Notes: generated by a model from the sequence alone, not told the origin. 61,460 bases of DNA from an uncultured Clostridia bacterium (GCA_947631265.1 CANRKQ010000001.1:1-61460), one strand, 5' to 3'; shown: positions 23,703 through 33,649, counted from the first letter of the stretch. Numbers and translations: made by a program.

Positions 23703-23954
23703 ATGCCGAATATTAAATCAGCAAAGAAGAGAGTTAAGGTTATTAACACTAAAACTGCCAGAAATAAGGCAATTAAATCAGAGCTAAAAACTGTTTTGAA
23801 AAAGGCTCAGGCTGCTGTTGCTAACGGTGACGCAAACGCTAAGGAGACAGTTACCTATGCAATCAAGAAAGTCGATCAGGCTGCTGCAAAAGGCATTATG
23901 CACAAGAACAAGGCTGCAAGAAAAAAATCACAGCTTGCTAAACTAATTAAGTAA
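23703..23954 (+). CDS. rpsT: 30S ribosomal protein S20
   Basis: MPNIKSAKKRVKV... Start moved to the ATG after GGAGGTG. Confidence 0.92.
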   Translation: MPNIKSAKKRVKVINTKTARNKAIKSELKTVLKKAQAAVANGDANAKETVTYAIKKVDQAAAKGIMHKNKAARKKSQLAKLIK

Positions 23955-23968
23955 TTTATCTAAAATAA

Positions 23969-24007
23969 GAGAGCGGACTCGTAATAGGTTCGGCTCTTTT
24001 TATTTTT
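23969..24007 (+). terminator. terminator after rpsT
   Basis: Imperfect agagcgga...ttcggctct hairpin followed by a T-run. Confidence 0.55.
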
Positions 24008-24009
24008 AA

Positions 24010-24044
24010 AAACTCCCCAGAAGAACGCCTTCCGGGGAGTTTAC
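24010..24044 (-). terminator. terminator after lexA
   Basis: actcccc...ggggagt stem with a T-run on the minus strand. Confidence 0.6.
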
Positions 24045-24057
24045 TACGTTTAATTTT

Positions 24058-24648
24058 TTAATCATAATATCTGACAACTGCGACGACACGTCCTAAAATC
24101 TTTACTTCATCAACAATAATGGGTTCCATTGCGTCGTTTTCGGGCTGAAGCCTGAAGTGACCGTTTTCTTTGTAAAACCTTTTAACAGTTGCGTCTTCGT
24201 TGTTGACAAGGGCAACCACAATTTCTCCGTTTTCCGCTACAGGAACCTGCTCAATGATAACAATATCTCCGTCTAAAATAGCGGCATTTATCATACTTTC
24301 TCCGCGCACCTTTAGCGCAAATAGCTGATTTGAGTAGTTTTTGTCTGGCTGAAAGCTTATATAGTCGGTTATGTCTTCAATAGCAGTAATAGGAGTTCCT
24401 GCCGTAACTGTACCAACAAGCGGAACGCTTATACCTTTTTTTCCTGTAAGTTTTATAGCGCGGTTTTGATTTGTTCCTTTTTCAAGAAGTCCGGCATCTT
24501 TAAGCGTTTCTATACAGCGGAAACCTGTTGATGAGGACTTAAAACCAAATTCAGCGCAAATTTCTCTGACAGTAGGTGCATAACCGTCTTCGATACGCTC
24601 TTTAATATATTTGTAGACAAGCTTATCTCTTTCGCTGAGCGTTTTCAT
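24058..24648 (-). CDS. lexA: LexA repressor
   Basis: Winged-helix N-terminus, cleavage-site region VPLVGTVTAG and an S24 peptidase domain (GESM...K). Start at Met19 (MKTLSERDK). Confidence 0.9.
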   Translation of the reverse strand: MKTLSERDKLVYKYIKERIEDGYAPTVREICAEFGFKSSSTGFRCIETLKDAGLLEKGTNQNRAIKLTGKKGISVPLVGTVTAGTPITAIEDITDYISFQPDKNYSNQLFALKVRGESMINAAILDGDIVIIEQVPVAENGEIVVALVNNEDATVKRFYKENGHFRLQPENDAMEPIIVDEVKILGRVVAVVRYYD

Positions 24649-24730
24649 ATGACATCTTCCTTTCGTTAGCCGCTTAACTTTCAGTTGCTTAATTAAATTC
24701 ACACAAATTTATGACAATATAAAAAACATA

Positions 24731-26167
24731 TCATTTGCTGCTTAATCTCTGCACTAATTTTTTTGCAGCTTTGTAAACATCTCCGCAGCCGAGAGTGATA
24801 ACCAAATCTCCCTCTTTTGCATTTTCACAGATGTAGTCAACAACCTGATCGAAGTTTTTATCCTTTTGCTCTGCTGTCTGCGCGTCTTGAATTTCCTTAT
24901 CTGAATCAAACCATACGCAACCCGGAATTTTCTCGCCCAAATCCCTTGAATAAATACCGATAATATTTTTTTCACGACTTCCCATTATATCGGTCAGTAC
25001 GGTGTGGTCTGCTATTTTAAGGGCATCGACAAAGTCATCTAAAAGCATAGAGGTTCTTGAATATGTGAAAGGCTGAAACACCGCCCACACATTTTTAAAG
25101 TCAAGAGCTTTTGCGGCTTTCAGCGTAACCGCAATTTCAGCAGGATGATGAGCGTAGTCGTCAACAACAGTTATTCCGTTTACCTCGGCTATTTTCTGAA
25201 AACGCCGTATCGCGCCCCGGAAGGTCTGAAGTCCCATTGCAATTCCGTCATAGGATACTCCCGAATACCTTGCCGCGGCGATTGCGGCAAGTGAATTTAA
25301 AACATTGTGAACGCCCGGAACGTGTATTGCAAGAGAACATTCTTTGTTCCCTTTAAAATAAACGTCAAACCTTGTTTCAAGACCTTTTATCTGAGTGATC
25401 TCGGCAGAGTAATCATTTTTTCTGTCAAAGCCGAAGGTTATTATATCCTTGTCAATCCCTTTAATTGAATCGAGGGTGTTTTTATCATCGCCGTTAATTA
25501 TCAGAGCCTTTGTCGCATTTGAGGCAAATTTGCGGAACGATTTTTTTATATTTTCAAGTGTTCCGAAATAGTCTAAGTGGTCGGCGTCTACGTTTAGAAT
25601 AACAGCGACGTCCGGCGAAAGCTTTAAAAAGGTATCGACAAACTCACACGCCTCGCAAACCATAATATCACTTTTTCCGGATCTTCCGCTCCCGCCGATA
25701 GACGGCAGCTTACCGCCTATTACACAGGAGATGTCTACTCCCTCTTCTATGAAAATCTGCGTCAGCATAGAGCTTGTTGTTGTTTTTCCGTGAGTTCCTG
25801 AAATGCAGATAGCATTGCTATACCACTCTGTAACAATGCCCAAAAGCTCACTTCTCTCCAATACAGGAACACCGCTTTTATGCGACGCGATAAGCTCTTC
25901 ATTATCTGGCATTATAGCCGCTGTGTGGACAATTAAATCAGCGCCTTTGATATTTTCTGCGCGCTGTCCCATAAATACCGGTATGCCCAGTTTTCTGACC
26001 GCGTCAAGAGTATCGGTTTCATTATTATCAGAGCCGGTAAGGTAGTAACCTTTGCTGTGGAGAATTTGCGCAAGCGGATACATACCGCTGCCTCCGATGC
26101 CGATAAAGTGTATATGCTTTTTTCCGTTTAATATATTTGAATATGTTTTACTGGTTTGGTTATGCAT
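24731..26167 (-). CDS. murC: UDP-N-acetylmuramate--L-alanine ligase
   Basis: Motifs HFIGIGGSGM and GTHGKTTTSSM. Start preferred at Met10 (MHNQ), which follows a GAAAGGA RBS. Confidence 0.9.
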   Translation of the reverse strand: MHNQTSKTYSNILNGKKHIHFIGIGGSGMYPLAQILHSKGYYLTGSDNNETDTLDAVRKLGIPVFMGQRAENIKGADLIVHTAAIMPDNEELIASHKSGVPVLERSELLGIVTEWYSNAICISGTHGKTTTSSMLTQIFIEEGVDISCVIGGKLPSIGGSGRSGKSDIMVCEACEFVDTFLKLSPDVAVILNVDADHLDYFGTLENIKKSFRKFASNATKALIINGDDKNTLDSIKGIDKDIITFGFDRKNDYSAEITQIKGLETRFDVYFKGNKECSLAIHVPGVHNVLNSLAAIAAARYSGVSYDGIAMGLQTFRGAIRRFQKIAEVNGITVVDDYAHHPAEIAVTLKAAKALDFKNVWAVFQPFTYSRTSMLLDDFVDALKIADHTVLTDIMGSREKNIIGIYSRDLGEKIPGCVWFDSDKEIQDAQTAEQKDKNFDQVVDYICENAKEGDLVITLGCGDVYKAAKKLVQRLSSK

Positions 26168-26187
26168 TAAGAGGTGTCCTTTCATGA

Positions 26188-26201
26188 TGAACATATATTC
26201 T
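26188..26201 (-). promoter_or_regulatory. candidate LexA (Cheo/SOS) box AGAATATATGTTCA
   Basis: The minus strand reads AGAATATATGTTCA, against the consensus CGAACATATGTTCG (11/14; core GAAC-N4-GTTC 7/8). It lies just downstream of a TGTTATATAAT extended -10 and about 20 nt upstream of the murC start. Confidence 0.4.
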
Positions 26202-26369
26202 TGATAATATTATATAACATTTTTGCATAAAAATAAAGTCTTTTTGAATAAAAATATAGCTTTGGTCAAAAATATTTTTAAATAAAGGTGTGCAAATCAC
26301 AATTTTATATATTTTTCTATTAAATTCTGCATAAAGCCGTAAAATTTGCACAGGAAAGGTTTAGGACAT

Positions 26370-26666
26370 ATGAAAATAACAGACATTAAAATCAGAAAAT
26401 TGTTGGACTCAGGTAAGCTGAGAGGAGTTGTAAGCATTACTCTTGACGACGTGTTCGCTGTGCATGACATTAAGGTCATACAAGGAGAAAACAGACTTTT
26501 TGTAGCAATGCCCAGCAGACGCGATGAAAAGGGTACGTTCAGAGATGTTGTTCACCCGATAAACAGTGAACTGAGAACAGAGTTTGAAACGCAGATACTT
26601 TCGTGTTACCAAAAGGAGCTTGAAAATCACAACGCTGAACAGGAAAAAAATAACCCAAGCATTTAG
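26370..26666 (+). CDS. spoVG: septation protein SpoVG
   Basis: MKITDIKIRKL...VSITLDDVFAVHDIKVIQGENRLFVAMPSRR...FRDVVHPI. Start set at Met9. Confidence 0.9.
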   Translation: MKITDIKIRKLLDSGKLRGVVSITLDDVFAVHDIKVIQGENRLFVAMPSRRDEKGTFRDVVHPINSELRTEFETQILSCYQKELENHNAEQEKNNPSI

Positions 26667-26681
26667 CTTGAGTTGTTTTGT

Positions 26682-27086
26682 TCAGCCTAAAAAGCTTTTA
26701 GCTTTATTAACAATTGCTTTATCATTATCATAAGAGAGTACCGAACACGCACGGTCAATTTCTATCCAACGGATATCAGCGATCTCCTCCTCCTGAGGAA
26801 TGAAGTTTGTATTTTTAGCTTTAGCAATAAAATACACCACTATTTTATGAGTATCCTTTTTTGGAGAATAAGAAACTGTTTCCCTGAACGTCGGATCGAT
26901 TATGGTATCAACGCTAGTTTCCTCAAGAATTTCACGATGTGCGGTTTCAACCTCGGTTTCGCCTGCCTCGACGTGACCCTTAGGAAAAGACCAATGACCG
27001 CTGTTGATATGTTTTATCAGCAGAATTTCGGTGTTCCCATGATATTTTCGATAAACGATTGCCCCACAGGATTTTTCATTTATCAT
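26682..27086 (-). CDS. NUDIX hydrolase (Ap4A hydrolase-like)
   Basis: Nudix box GHVEAGETEVETAHREILEETSV. Start at MINEKSCGAIVY. Confidence 0.8.
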   Translation of the reverse strand: MINEKSCGAIVYRKYHGNTEILLIKHINSGHWSFPKGHVEAGETEVETAHREILEETSVDTIIDPTFRETVSYSPKKDTHKIVVYFIAKAKNTNFIPQEEEIADIRWIEIDRACSVLSYDNDKAIVNKAKSFLG

Positions 27087-27398
27087 GAGTATTACCCTTT
27101 CTAAAACTAGTTTTAATATATTAAATATATTATAACACAAAAAGATGCTTTTGTCTTTAGTTTTTTAGATTTTTTAAAAAATAGTACAAGAAAAAATTCG
27201 CTGGAATGTAAGATTATTTACTTTTCAACTTTTTTGTAGCTAGAAGATGCTTATATGATATTCCATAAACTGTAAGCAGCAAAAATAATATCGTCTACAA
27301 TTATAGACATTAGTTGTTGTATTTTTACAAAAACTCTAAAAATTTTCGGTATAGATTGTTACTTTTTAACAAAAATAAAAATAAATTATTGTACAATC

Positions 27399-27428
27399 TT
27401 GACATAAGTGCTAATAATGTTATATAAT
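27399..27428 (+). promoter_or_regulatory. near-consensus sigma-A promoter with no downstream ORF
   Basis: TTGACA (27399-27404), spacer, then TGTTATATAAT (extended -10; TATAAT at 27423-27428). Confidence 0.5.
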
Positions 27429-27434
27429 GTATGT

Positions 27435-27872
27435 AAATTCTGGTAAAAAGTGTTGACTGTATCTAGAAAATAATTAAATCAGCCGCACTTTATGAATTTT
27501 GTTACTTCTTTGCTGAAGTGCTTTATTTGGCGGATTTAGAACTTTTTTCAATGTATTGCTCTGGCTTTGGTAATGTTATTCATTAAAGTTACCTGATCAA
27601 AAACAAGCTCTTTGATTAAAGTGAAGAACAGATGGCTATCGTGGTTTGGATTGTATAAAGATTTGATTTTTTGTTTTTGTTAAAGAGTTAAAAGTCAAAT
27701 AAATTACTTTTTAGGATAATTTGCTTTGGATATATTTAGGTTTTGAACTAAATCAAAGAGCGTTGTAAATCCGCCGAATAAACATAATTTATTTTAATTG
27801 TAAGTATATTTTAATTTTTATTTTGATTATGTGTTTAATAAAAAGCCCCGAACTTTTGTCCGGGGCTTTTTA
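27435..27872 (+). ncRNA. candidate large structured non-coding RNA (unclassified)
   Basis: ORF-free and bracketed by the promoter above and the terminator at 27841-27872. It contains nested long-range helices 27522-27538/27767-27783 (17 bp, with one U-G pair only on the plus strand) and 27607-27617/27751-27761 (11 bp). Confidence 0.35.
27841..27872. terminator. bidirectional terminator (acpP on minus strand; candidate ncRNA on plus strand)
   Basis: aaaagccccg-aacttttgtc-cggggcttttt. Confidence 0.8.
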
Positions 27873-27877
27873 TGAAA

Positions 27878-28108
27878 CTAATTATCTATTTCTTCAATAA
27901 ACTTAACAATATCGCCGACTGTTTTTACATTTTCTACTTCATCATCTGGGATTTTGATGTCAAACTCTTCTTCAAGAGACATAATTAAGTCAACAACGTC
28001 AAGAGAGTCTGCACCTAAATCTTCTGTAATAGAAGCGTCCATTGTAATTTTGTCTTCGTCAACATCAAGCTGATCAACGATAATATCCTTTACCTTATCA
28101 AATACCAT
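27878..28108 (-). CDS. acpP: acyl carrier protein
   Basis: 76 aa with the phosphopantetheine motif [11 protein letters not shown]. Confidence 0.9.
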   Translation of the reverse strand: MVFDKVKDIIVDQLDVDEDKITMDASITEDLGADSLDVVDLIMSLEEEFDIKIPDDEVENVKTVGDIVKFIEEIDN

Positions 28109-28203
28109 AAGAAAAACAACCTCCTTTTTAAAGATATGTCTATTATTTCGGGATTTAATCTTTTATATTCAGAATTCCCGATATAACCTGAAATTTAAAA
28201 TGT

Positions 28204-29016
28204 TTATTCCTGATTTTCCTCAAACTCTCCGATTTTCCTAAACTTAGTATACCTATCATTGAGCAATTCGTCAATAGGTTTATGCAAATTTCTTTTAAAA
28301 GCGTCACGCAAATAGCTGCATATATTTTCCGCAGCAAGGTCGGGATTATTATGAGCTCCGCCTTCAGGCTCTTCGATGATATAATCGCATATATTCAAAG
28401 CAGTTAAATCCTCAGCGGTAATCTTCATAATGTCGCAAGCCTCACGCTCGCGAGATGCGTCTTTCCACAATAACGAGGCGAATCCCCGCGGTGAGATAAC
28501 AGAATACAGTGCGTTTGAAAGCATAGCCAATTCATCGCATACACCCAGAGCCAAAGCGCCTCCGCTGCCGCCCTCGCCTAAAACTATTGAAATTACAGGA
28601 GTTTTCAAGGTCATAAATTCCATAAGATTTCTGGCAATAGCCTCGCCCTGACCTCTCTCCTCCGCCTCAACTCCGCAGAATGCTCCGGGAGTGTCAATGA
28701 GACATATGAGAGGTCGGTGAAATTTCTCCGCCTGATGGGCAAGCCTTAAAGCCTTTCTGTAACCCTCAGGGTGGGGCATAGAAAAGTTTGAGGCTTTGTT
28801 TTCCTCTATATTACGTCCTTTTACCTGCGCTATAACTGTAACAGGTATCTCGTCAAAGTATGCTATTCCTCCGATTATTGCACCGTCGTCGCCGTAGTAT
28901 CTGTCGCCGTGCATTTCAAAGAAATCGTCAAATAGCATGGGAATATAATCACGCACAGTAGGGCGAAATTTATTCCGCACAATGTCAAGACGTTCGCTCG
29001 CCGGCAGGTTATTCAT
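28204..29016 (-). CDS. accA: acetyl-CoA carboxylase carboxyltransferase alpha subunit
   Basis: Motif IDTPGAFCGVEAEERGQGEAIA. Overlaps accD by 8 nt. Confidence 0.9.
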   Translation of the reverse strand: MNNLPASERLDIVRNKFRPTVRDYIPMLFDDFFEMHGDRYYGDDGAIIGGIAYFDEIPVTVIAQVKGRNIEENKASNFSMPHPEGYRKALRLAHQAEKFHRPLICLIDTPGAFCGVEAEERGQGEAIARNLMEFMTLKTPVISIVLGEGGSGGALALGVCDELAMLSNALYSVISPRGFASLLWKDASREREACDIMKITAEDLTALNICDYIIEEPEGGAHNNPDLAAENICSYLRDAFKRNLHKPIDELLNDRYTKFRKIGEFEENQE

Positions 29017-29899
29017 CAGCGCCGCCCCCTTTGCTCTGGTGAAGCTTTAATAAGTGAGAAAGTGTTCTTCTTATTTTTTTTCTGTCTACGATCATATCGA
29101 CAAAGCCTTTTTCCATAAGAAATTCTGCCGATTGGAAATCGTCAGGCAGCCTTTGCTTTATTGTTCCCTCTATTACTCTTCGTCCTGCAAACCCGATAAG
29201 AACCTTTGGCTCGGCGATGATTATATCGCCCAAAGATGCGAAAGACGCTGTTACTCCTCCGGTGGTAGGATCGGTCATAACGGTGATATACAAAAGTCCG
29301 GCTTTGTTGTGACGCGCAACAGCACCGCTTGTTTTTGCCATCTGCATGAGAGAAACTGTTCCCTCCTGCATTCTTGCTCCGCCTGATGCAGTGAATACGA
29401 TTATAGGAAGTCTGTTTTCTGTTGCAAACTCAAACGCCCGGGTAAGCTTTTCACCCACAACACTTCCCATAGACGCCATCATATACCTTGAATCCATAAC
29501 CGCTATGACAATTCTGTCTCCGCGAATGGTAGCCTCACCTGTTACTATAGCGTCTTTTAGATCTGTCTTTTCACGAATACTTTCCTGCTTTTGCTCGTAA
29601 TCCTGAAAGCCGATAGGATTTTTAGAAACCATATCCTTGTCAAATTCAACCAGGCTGTTCTTATCAATTGTGATATCCAAGCGTTCTTTTGCCGAAATTC
29701 TTGAATGATAGTTGCATTGAGGACAAACCTTTGCGTTTCCTACAAAATCGTCCATAAAAGTCACATTAGAGCACCTTGGACATTTAAAAAGCAAATCCTT
29801 TGGGATATCTGTTTTTTTTACGTCTTTTTTTGAATTTGAGGCGTTTGATTCAGTACCGTTAAATCTTGTTTTTACAACTGAAAACAAATCTTCAAGCAT
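29009..29899 (-). CDS. accD: acetyl-CoA carboxylase carboxyltransferase beta subunit
   Basis: N-terminal Zn ribbon CPRC...CPQC, then SGGARMQEG. Confidence 0.9.
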   Translation of the reverse strand: MLEDLFSVVKTRFNGTESNASNSKKDVKKTDIPKDLLFKCPRCSNVTFMDDFVGNAKVCPQCNYHSRISAKERLDITIDKNSLVEFDKDMVSKNPIGFQDYEQKQESIREKTDLKDAIVTGEATIRGDRIVIAVMDSRYMMASMGSVVGEKLTRAFEFATENRLPIIVFTASGGARMQEGTVSLMQMAKTSGAVARHNKAGLLYITVMTDPTTGGVTASFASLGDIIIAEPKVLIGFAGRRVIEGTIKQRLPDDFQSAEFLMEKGFVDMIVDRKKIRRTLSHLLKLHQSKGGGADE

Positions 29900-29959
29900 A
29901 AAAGATTTTTCCCTCCTCGGTTTATTTCAACGCATAACCAAGTTATGCAAGTCTGAAAA

Positions 29960-31309
29960 TCAATCCTTTAAAATATCAACTCTTCCTAAAAAGCCGTTAT
30001 CGTATTTTCCGTCTAAAAATTCCTTTCTGCGGATAAGTCTAAGCTGAAAGTCGATATTTGTAGATACTCCGTCAACGATAAATTCCGAAAGCGCCCACTT
30101 CATTTTTGCAATAGCACTTTCTCGGTCAGGTCCGAAACAGATCAATTTTGCTATCATAGAATCATAGTATGGCGGAATTTCATATCCCTGATAGACTGCG
30201 CTGTCAACCCTTATTCCAAGTCCACCGGGAATATGTAACGAATTGATTACTCCCGGTGAGGGACGGAAATTCTGCTCAGGATTTTCTGCATTTATTCTAC
30301 ACTCTATTGCATGGCCTGTCAAGTGTATATCCTCCTGCTTGATTTCAAGCTCTTTTCCCGAGGCGATAAGCAGCTGTTGTTTAACCAAGTCGATTCCCGT
30401 AACAGACTCGGTAATAGGATGTTCAACCTGAATACGCGTATTCATTTCCATAAAATAATAGTTTAAGTTCCTGTCAACTAAAAATTCAATCGTTCCTGCG
30501 TTTCTGTAGCCGCAGACCTTAGCCGCAGCGACAGCCGACGCCCCCATTTTTTCCCGAAGTTCTTTTGTCATTACAGGAGACGGAGTCTCCTCTAAAACCT
30601 TTTGGTTGCGTCTTTGCATAGAACAATCCCTCTCGCCGAGGTGTATCACATTTCCGTAATCATCAGCAAGAATTTGTATTTCTATATGCTTTGGATTTTC
30701 AATAAACTTTTCAATATATATATCGTCGTTACCGAAACAAGCCATTGCCTCGGTTTTTGCGGCGGTTATCTGAGCCTCAAGCTCGGATCGGTCTTTTACT
30801 ATGCGTATACCTCTTCCTCCGCCGCCGGCAGATGCCTTGACCATAACCGGATATCCTATTTCATCAGCAAGGCGCTTTGCGGATTCTATATCCTTAACAG
30901 CCCCGTCAGAGCCTGAGATCACAGGAACGCCTGCGTTTTTCATTGTTTCTTTAGCCTTAGCCTTGTCACCCAGCATTTCTATAGATTCCGGTTTCGGACC
31001 GATAAAGGTAATACCGCATTTTTCGCAAGTTCTTGCAAAATGAGCGTTTTCAGATAAAAAACCAAAGCCCGGGTGAATTGCATCAGCGCCGGTTATTTCG
31101 CAAGCGGATATTATAGAACGCATATTCAGATAGCTTTCTGCGCTTGATGCCGGACCTATACATACCGCCTCGTCGGCAATCTTTGCGTGGAGTGCGTTTG
31201 CGTCGGCTGTTGAATAGACAGCAACAGTTGCTATCCCCAACTCTCTGCAAGCACGAATTATACGAACAGCTATTTCGCCCCTGTTCGCAATAAGAACCTT
31301 TTTAATCAT
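29960..31309 (-). CDS. accC: biotin carboxylase
   Basis: KVLIANRGEIAVRIIRA, ATP-grasp fold, EMNTRIQVEH. Confidence 0.95.
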   Translation of the reverse strand: MIKKVLIANRGEIAVRIIRACRELGIATVAVYSTADANALHAKIADEAVCIGPASSAESYLNMRSIISACEITGADAIHPGFGFLSENAHFARTCEKCGITFIGPKPESIEMLGDKAKAKETMKNAGVPVISGSDGAVKDIESAKRLADEIGYPVMVKASAGGGGRGIRIVKDRSELEAQITAAKTEAMACFGNDDIYIEKFIENPKHIEIQILADDYGNVIHLGERDCSMQRRNQKVLEETPSPVMTKELREKMGASAVAAAKVCGYRNAGTIEFLVDRNLNYYFMEMNTRIQVEHPITESVTGIDLVKQQLLIASGKELEIKQEDIHLTGHAIECRINAENPEQNFRPSPGVINSLHIPGGLGIRVDSAVYQGYEIPPYYDSMIAKLICFGPDRESAIAKMKWALSEFIVDGVSTNIDFQLRLIRRKEFLDGKYDNGFLGRVDILKD

Positions 31310-31324
31310 ATAAAGTCTCCAGTT

Positions 31325-31756
31325 TTATTTTATTGCAAAAGTAATTTCACAGGAAACAGCTTTCTTGCCGTTTACTGTAGCAAGTCCTTTTCCGACTCCT
31401 AAAGGACCTCTTACCTTGATAATTTCAACCTCAAGCGTTAGGGTGTCGCCCGGAACAACCTGCTGACGGAACTTGCAGTTGTTGATCCCTCCGAAAAGAC
31501 CGATTTTGCCCTTGTTTTCAGGAAGAGATAAAAGTGCGACAGCTCCTGCCTGCGCCAGCATCTCAACCATTAAAACGCCGGGTGTAACAGGGTATTCAGG
31601 GAAATGTCCCTTAAACCAGAAATCGTCTTTTTTGATATATTTTGTGGCTTTAACTTTTTTTCCTACCTCTAGCTCGTTTACCTCGTCAATAAGTAAAAAC
31701 GGTTCTCTGTGAGGAATGATTTCTTTTATCTGTTCTTTATTTAGTACTACTGCCAT
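31325..31756 (-). CDS. fabZ: 3-hydroxyacyl-ACP dehydratase FabZ
   Basis: Motif PHREPFLLID...FKGHFP..PV.PGVL. Confidence 0.92.
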   Translation of the reverse strand: MAVVLNKEQIKEIIPHREPFLLIDEVNELEVGKKVKATKYIKKDDFWFKGHFPEYPVTPGVLMVEMLAQAGAVALLSLPENKGKIGLFGGINNCKFRQQVVPGDTLTLEVEIIKVRGPLGVGKGLATVNGKKAVSCEITFAIK

Positions 31757-31804
31757 AATTTATCCTTTCAGCAAACGTAGTTTTTGCTGCGTTTGATAGT
31801 CTTG

Positions 31805-32272
31805 TTATTCTATTATCATTATCGGCTGACCGAACTCAACAGCGTCGCCGTTATTAACGCATATTTCTTTTACCTTGCCGTCAAATTCGCTGTTTACTTC
31901 GCTCATGACCTTCATAGATTCTATGATGTAAATAACGTCACCCTTGTGAACCTGACTGCCTACTGACACAAAAGGCTCTTTGTCGGGAGCAGAGGCTGCA
32001 TAGAAGGTTCCTACAATGGGTGATTTGCATATGTTTCCGCTTTCAGCCGTTTCCTTTGGTTCAGCAGAAACATCTGAATCAGGTACTGCAACCGAAGAGG
32101 CAGTTGAATTTACGACCGATGCAGCTGTGCAAGCCTTAGCCTCAACACAGATCTCCAGATCGGCATTCTTGATTTTTATTTTACCTAAGTCGTTATCTTT
32201 GATTATCTTTGCAATATCTGAAATTGCTTTAATATCGTTTAAGTCCAAACCGTTTCCCATTTCCTTGCTCAT
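31805..32272 (-). CDS. accB: biotin carboxyl carrier protein
   Basis: Biotinyl-lysine motif IESMKVMSEV. Start at Met10, after a GGAGGA RBS. Confidence 0.9.
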   Translation of the reverse strand: MSKEMGNGLDLNDIKAISDIAKIIKDNDLGKIKIKNADLEICVEAKACTAASVVNSTASSVAVPDSDVSAEPKETAESGNICKSPIVGTFYAASAPDKEPFVSVGSQVHKGDVIYIIESMKVMSEVNSEFDGKVKEICVNNGDAVEFGQPIMIIE

Positions 32273-32333
32273 AATTATATAGTCCTCCAATTTGTGCATA
32301 ATTTTCTGACCTTTTATCTTATAAATCAGGCTG

Positions 32334-33569
32334 CTACTCTTTATATTTCTTTATACAAATTGTAGCGTTGTGTCCGCCAAAGCCAAGCGAGTTTGAAAGA
32401 GCGGCGTTAACAGTCATTTCCTTGTTTCCGTCGACAGAGTAATTCAAATCACATTCCGGGTCGGGAGTTTTATATCCCATTGTTCTGTGAACAAAGTTGT
32501 CGCGGACAGATAACGCTGTGATAATTGCCTCAACAGCGCCAGCCGCGCCGAGCAGATGTCCTATCATCGACTTTGTTGAGTTTATCACGACATTATCAGC
32601 ACTTTCGCCGAAAGCCTTTTTGATGGCCTTTGTTTCATATTTATCATTAAGACCTGTAGATGTTCCGTGAGCGTTGATATAGTTTATATCAGATGCTTGT
32701 AAGCCTGCCTCTGTAAAACTGTTTACCATAGCTCTTGCAGCGCCCTCTCCCTCGGGGTCGGGACTTGTCATATGATAAGCGTCTCCGGTCGCGCCGTAGC
32801 CTGCGATTTCGGCGTATATTTTTGCTCCTCTTGCTTTTGCGTGTTCAAGCTCTTCAAGAACTAGAATTCCGCAGCCCTCGCTCAGAACAAAGCCTTGTCT
32901 TTCAGCGTCAAAAGGAGTGGAGGCTTTGTCAAGCTCGGTTGCTTTTGACAGCGCCTTCATATTATTAAAGCCCGACAGAGAAAAATGCGTTATGCAAGCC
33001 TCTGTACCGCCGCATATGCAAGCGTCAAGATAGCCGTCCTTAATCTTTCTGAAAGCCTCTCCGATAGCGTGAGTTGATGAAGCGCAGGCTGTTGTTGTAC
33101 AGAAGTTATCTCCCTTAAAGCCTGTACGCATTGCTACTTCTCCTGCCGCCATATTGCTTATCATCATTGGCACATAAAATACAGAAATTCGGTCAGAACC
33201 CTTTTCTAAAAATCTTTTATGCTGGGTTTCCGTTTCCTCAAGACCTCCGATGCCCGCGCCAATTATGACTCCCACTCTAAAAGGATCTAAGTCTTTAAAA
33301 TCGGTTCCTGCGTCGTTTAAAGCGTCTTTTGACGAGGCAACGGCAAATTGCGTGAATCTGCACAGCTTTCTTGTCTCTTTTTTCTCAAAATAGTCAAGTG
33401 GATCAAAGTTTTTTACTGCCCCGACGACCTTAACAGGAAACTCAGGCTCGTCAAACTGGTCTACAAAAGAAAATCCCAATTTGTTTGCTTTGATATTATT
33501 CCAGAATTCCTCGACGCTTAAACCAAGCGGGTTTTTTGTTCCCATTCCTGTGATAACTACTCGTCTCAT
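32334..33569 (-). CDS. fabF: 3-oxoacyl-ACP synthase II
   Basis: Active-site context TACASS, plus HGTST and GHNA motifs. Confidence 0.93.
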   Translation of the reverse strand: MRRVVITGMGTKNPLGLSVEEFWNNIKANKLGFSFVDQFDEPEFPVKVVGAVKNFDPLDYFEKKETRKLCRFTQFAVASSKDALNDAGTDFKDLDPFRVGVIIGAGIGGLEETETQHKRFLEKGSDRISVFYVPMMISNMAAGEVAMRTGFKGDNFCTTTACASSTHAIGEAFRKIKDGYLDACICGGTEACITHFSLSGFNNMKALSKATELDKASTPFDAERQGFVLSEGCGILVLEELEHAKARGAKIYAEIAGYGATGDAYHMTSPDPEGEGAARAMVNSFTEAGLQASDINYINAHGTSTGLNDKYETKAIKKAFGESADNVVINSTKSMIGHLLGAAGAVEAIITALSVRDNFVHRTMGYKTPDPECDLNYSVDGNKEMTVNAALSNSLGFGGHNATICIKKYKE

Positions 33570-33649
33570 AGATTATATATCCTTTCTTTGCAGTCTGTGC
33601 AATCTAAATGTGAATGTCACACAGTCTAAGAATTATCTTTAAAATATGA

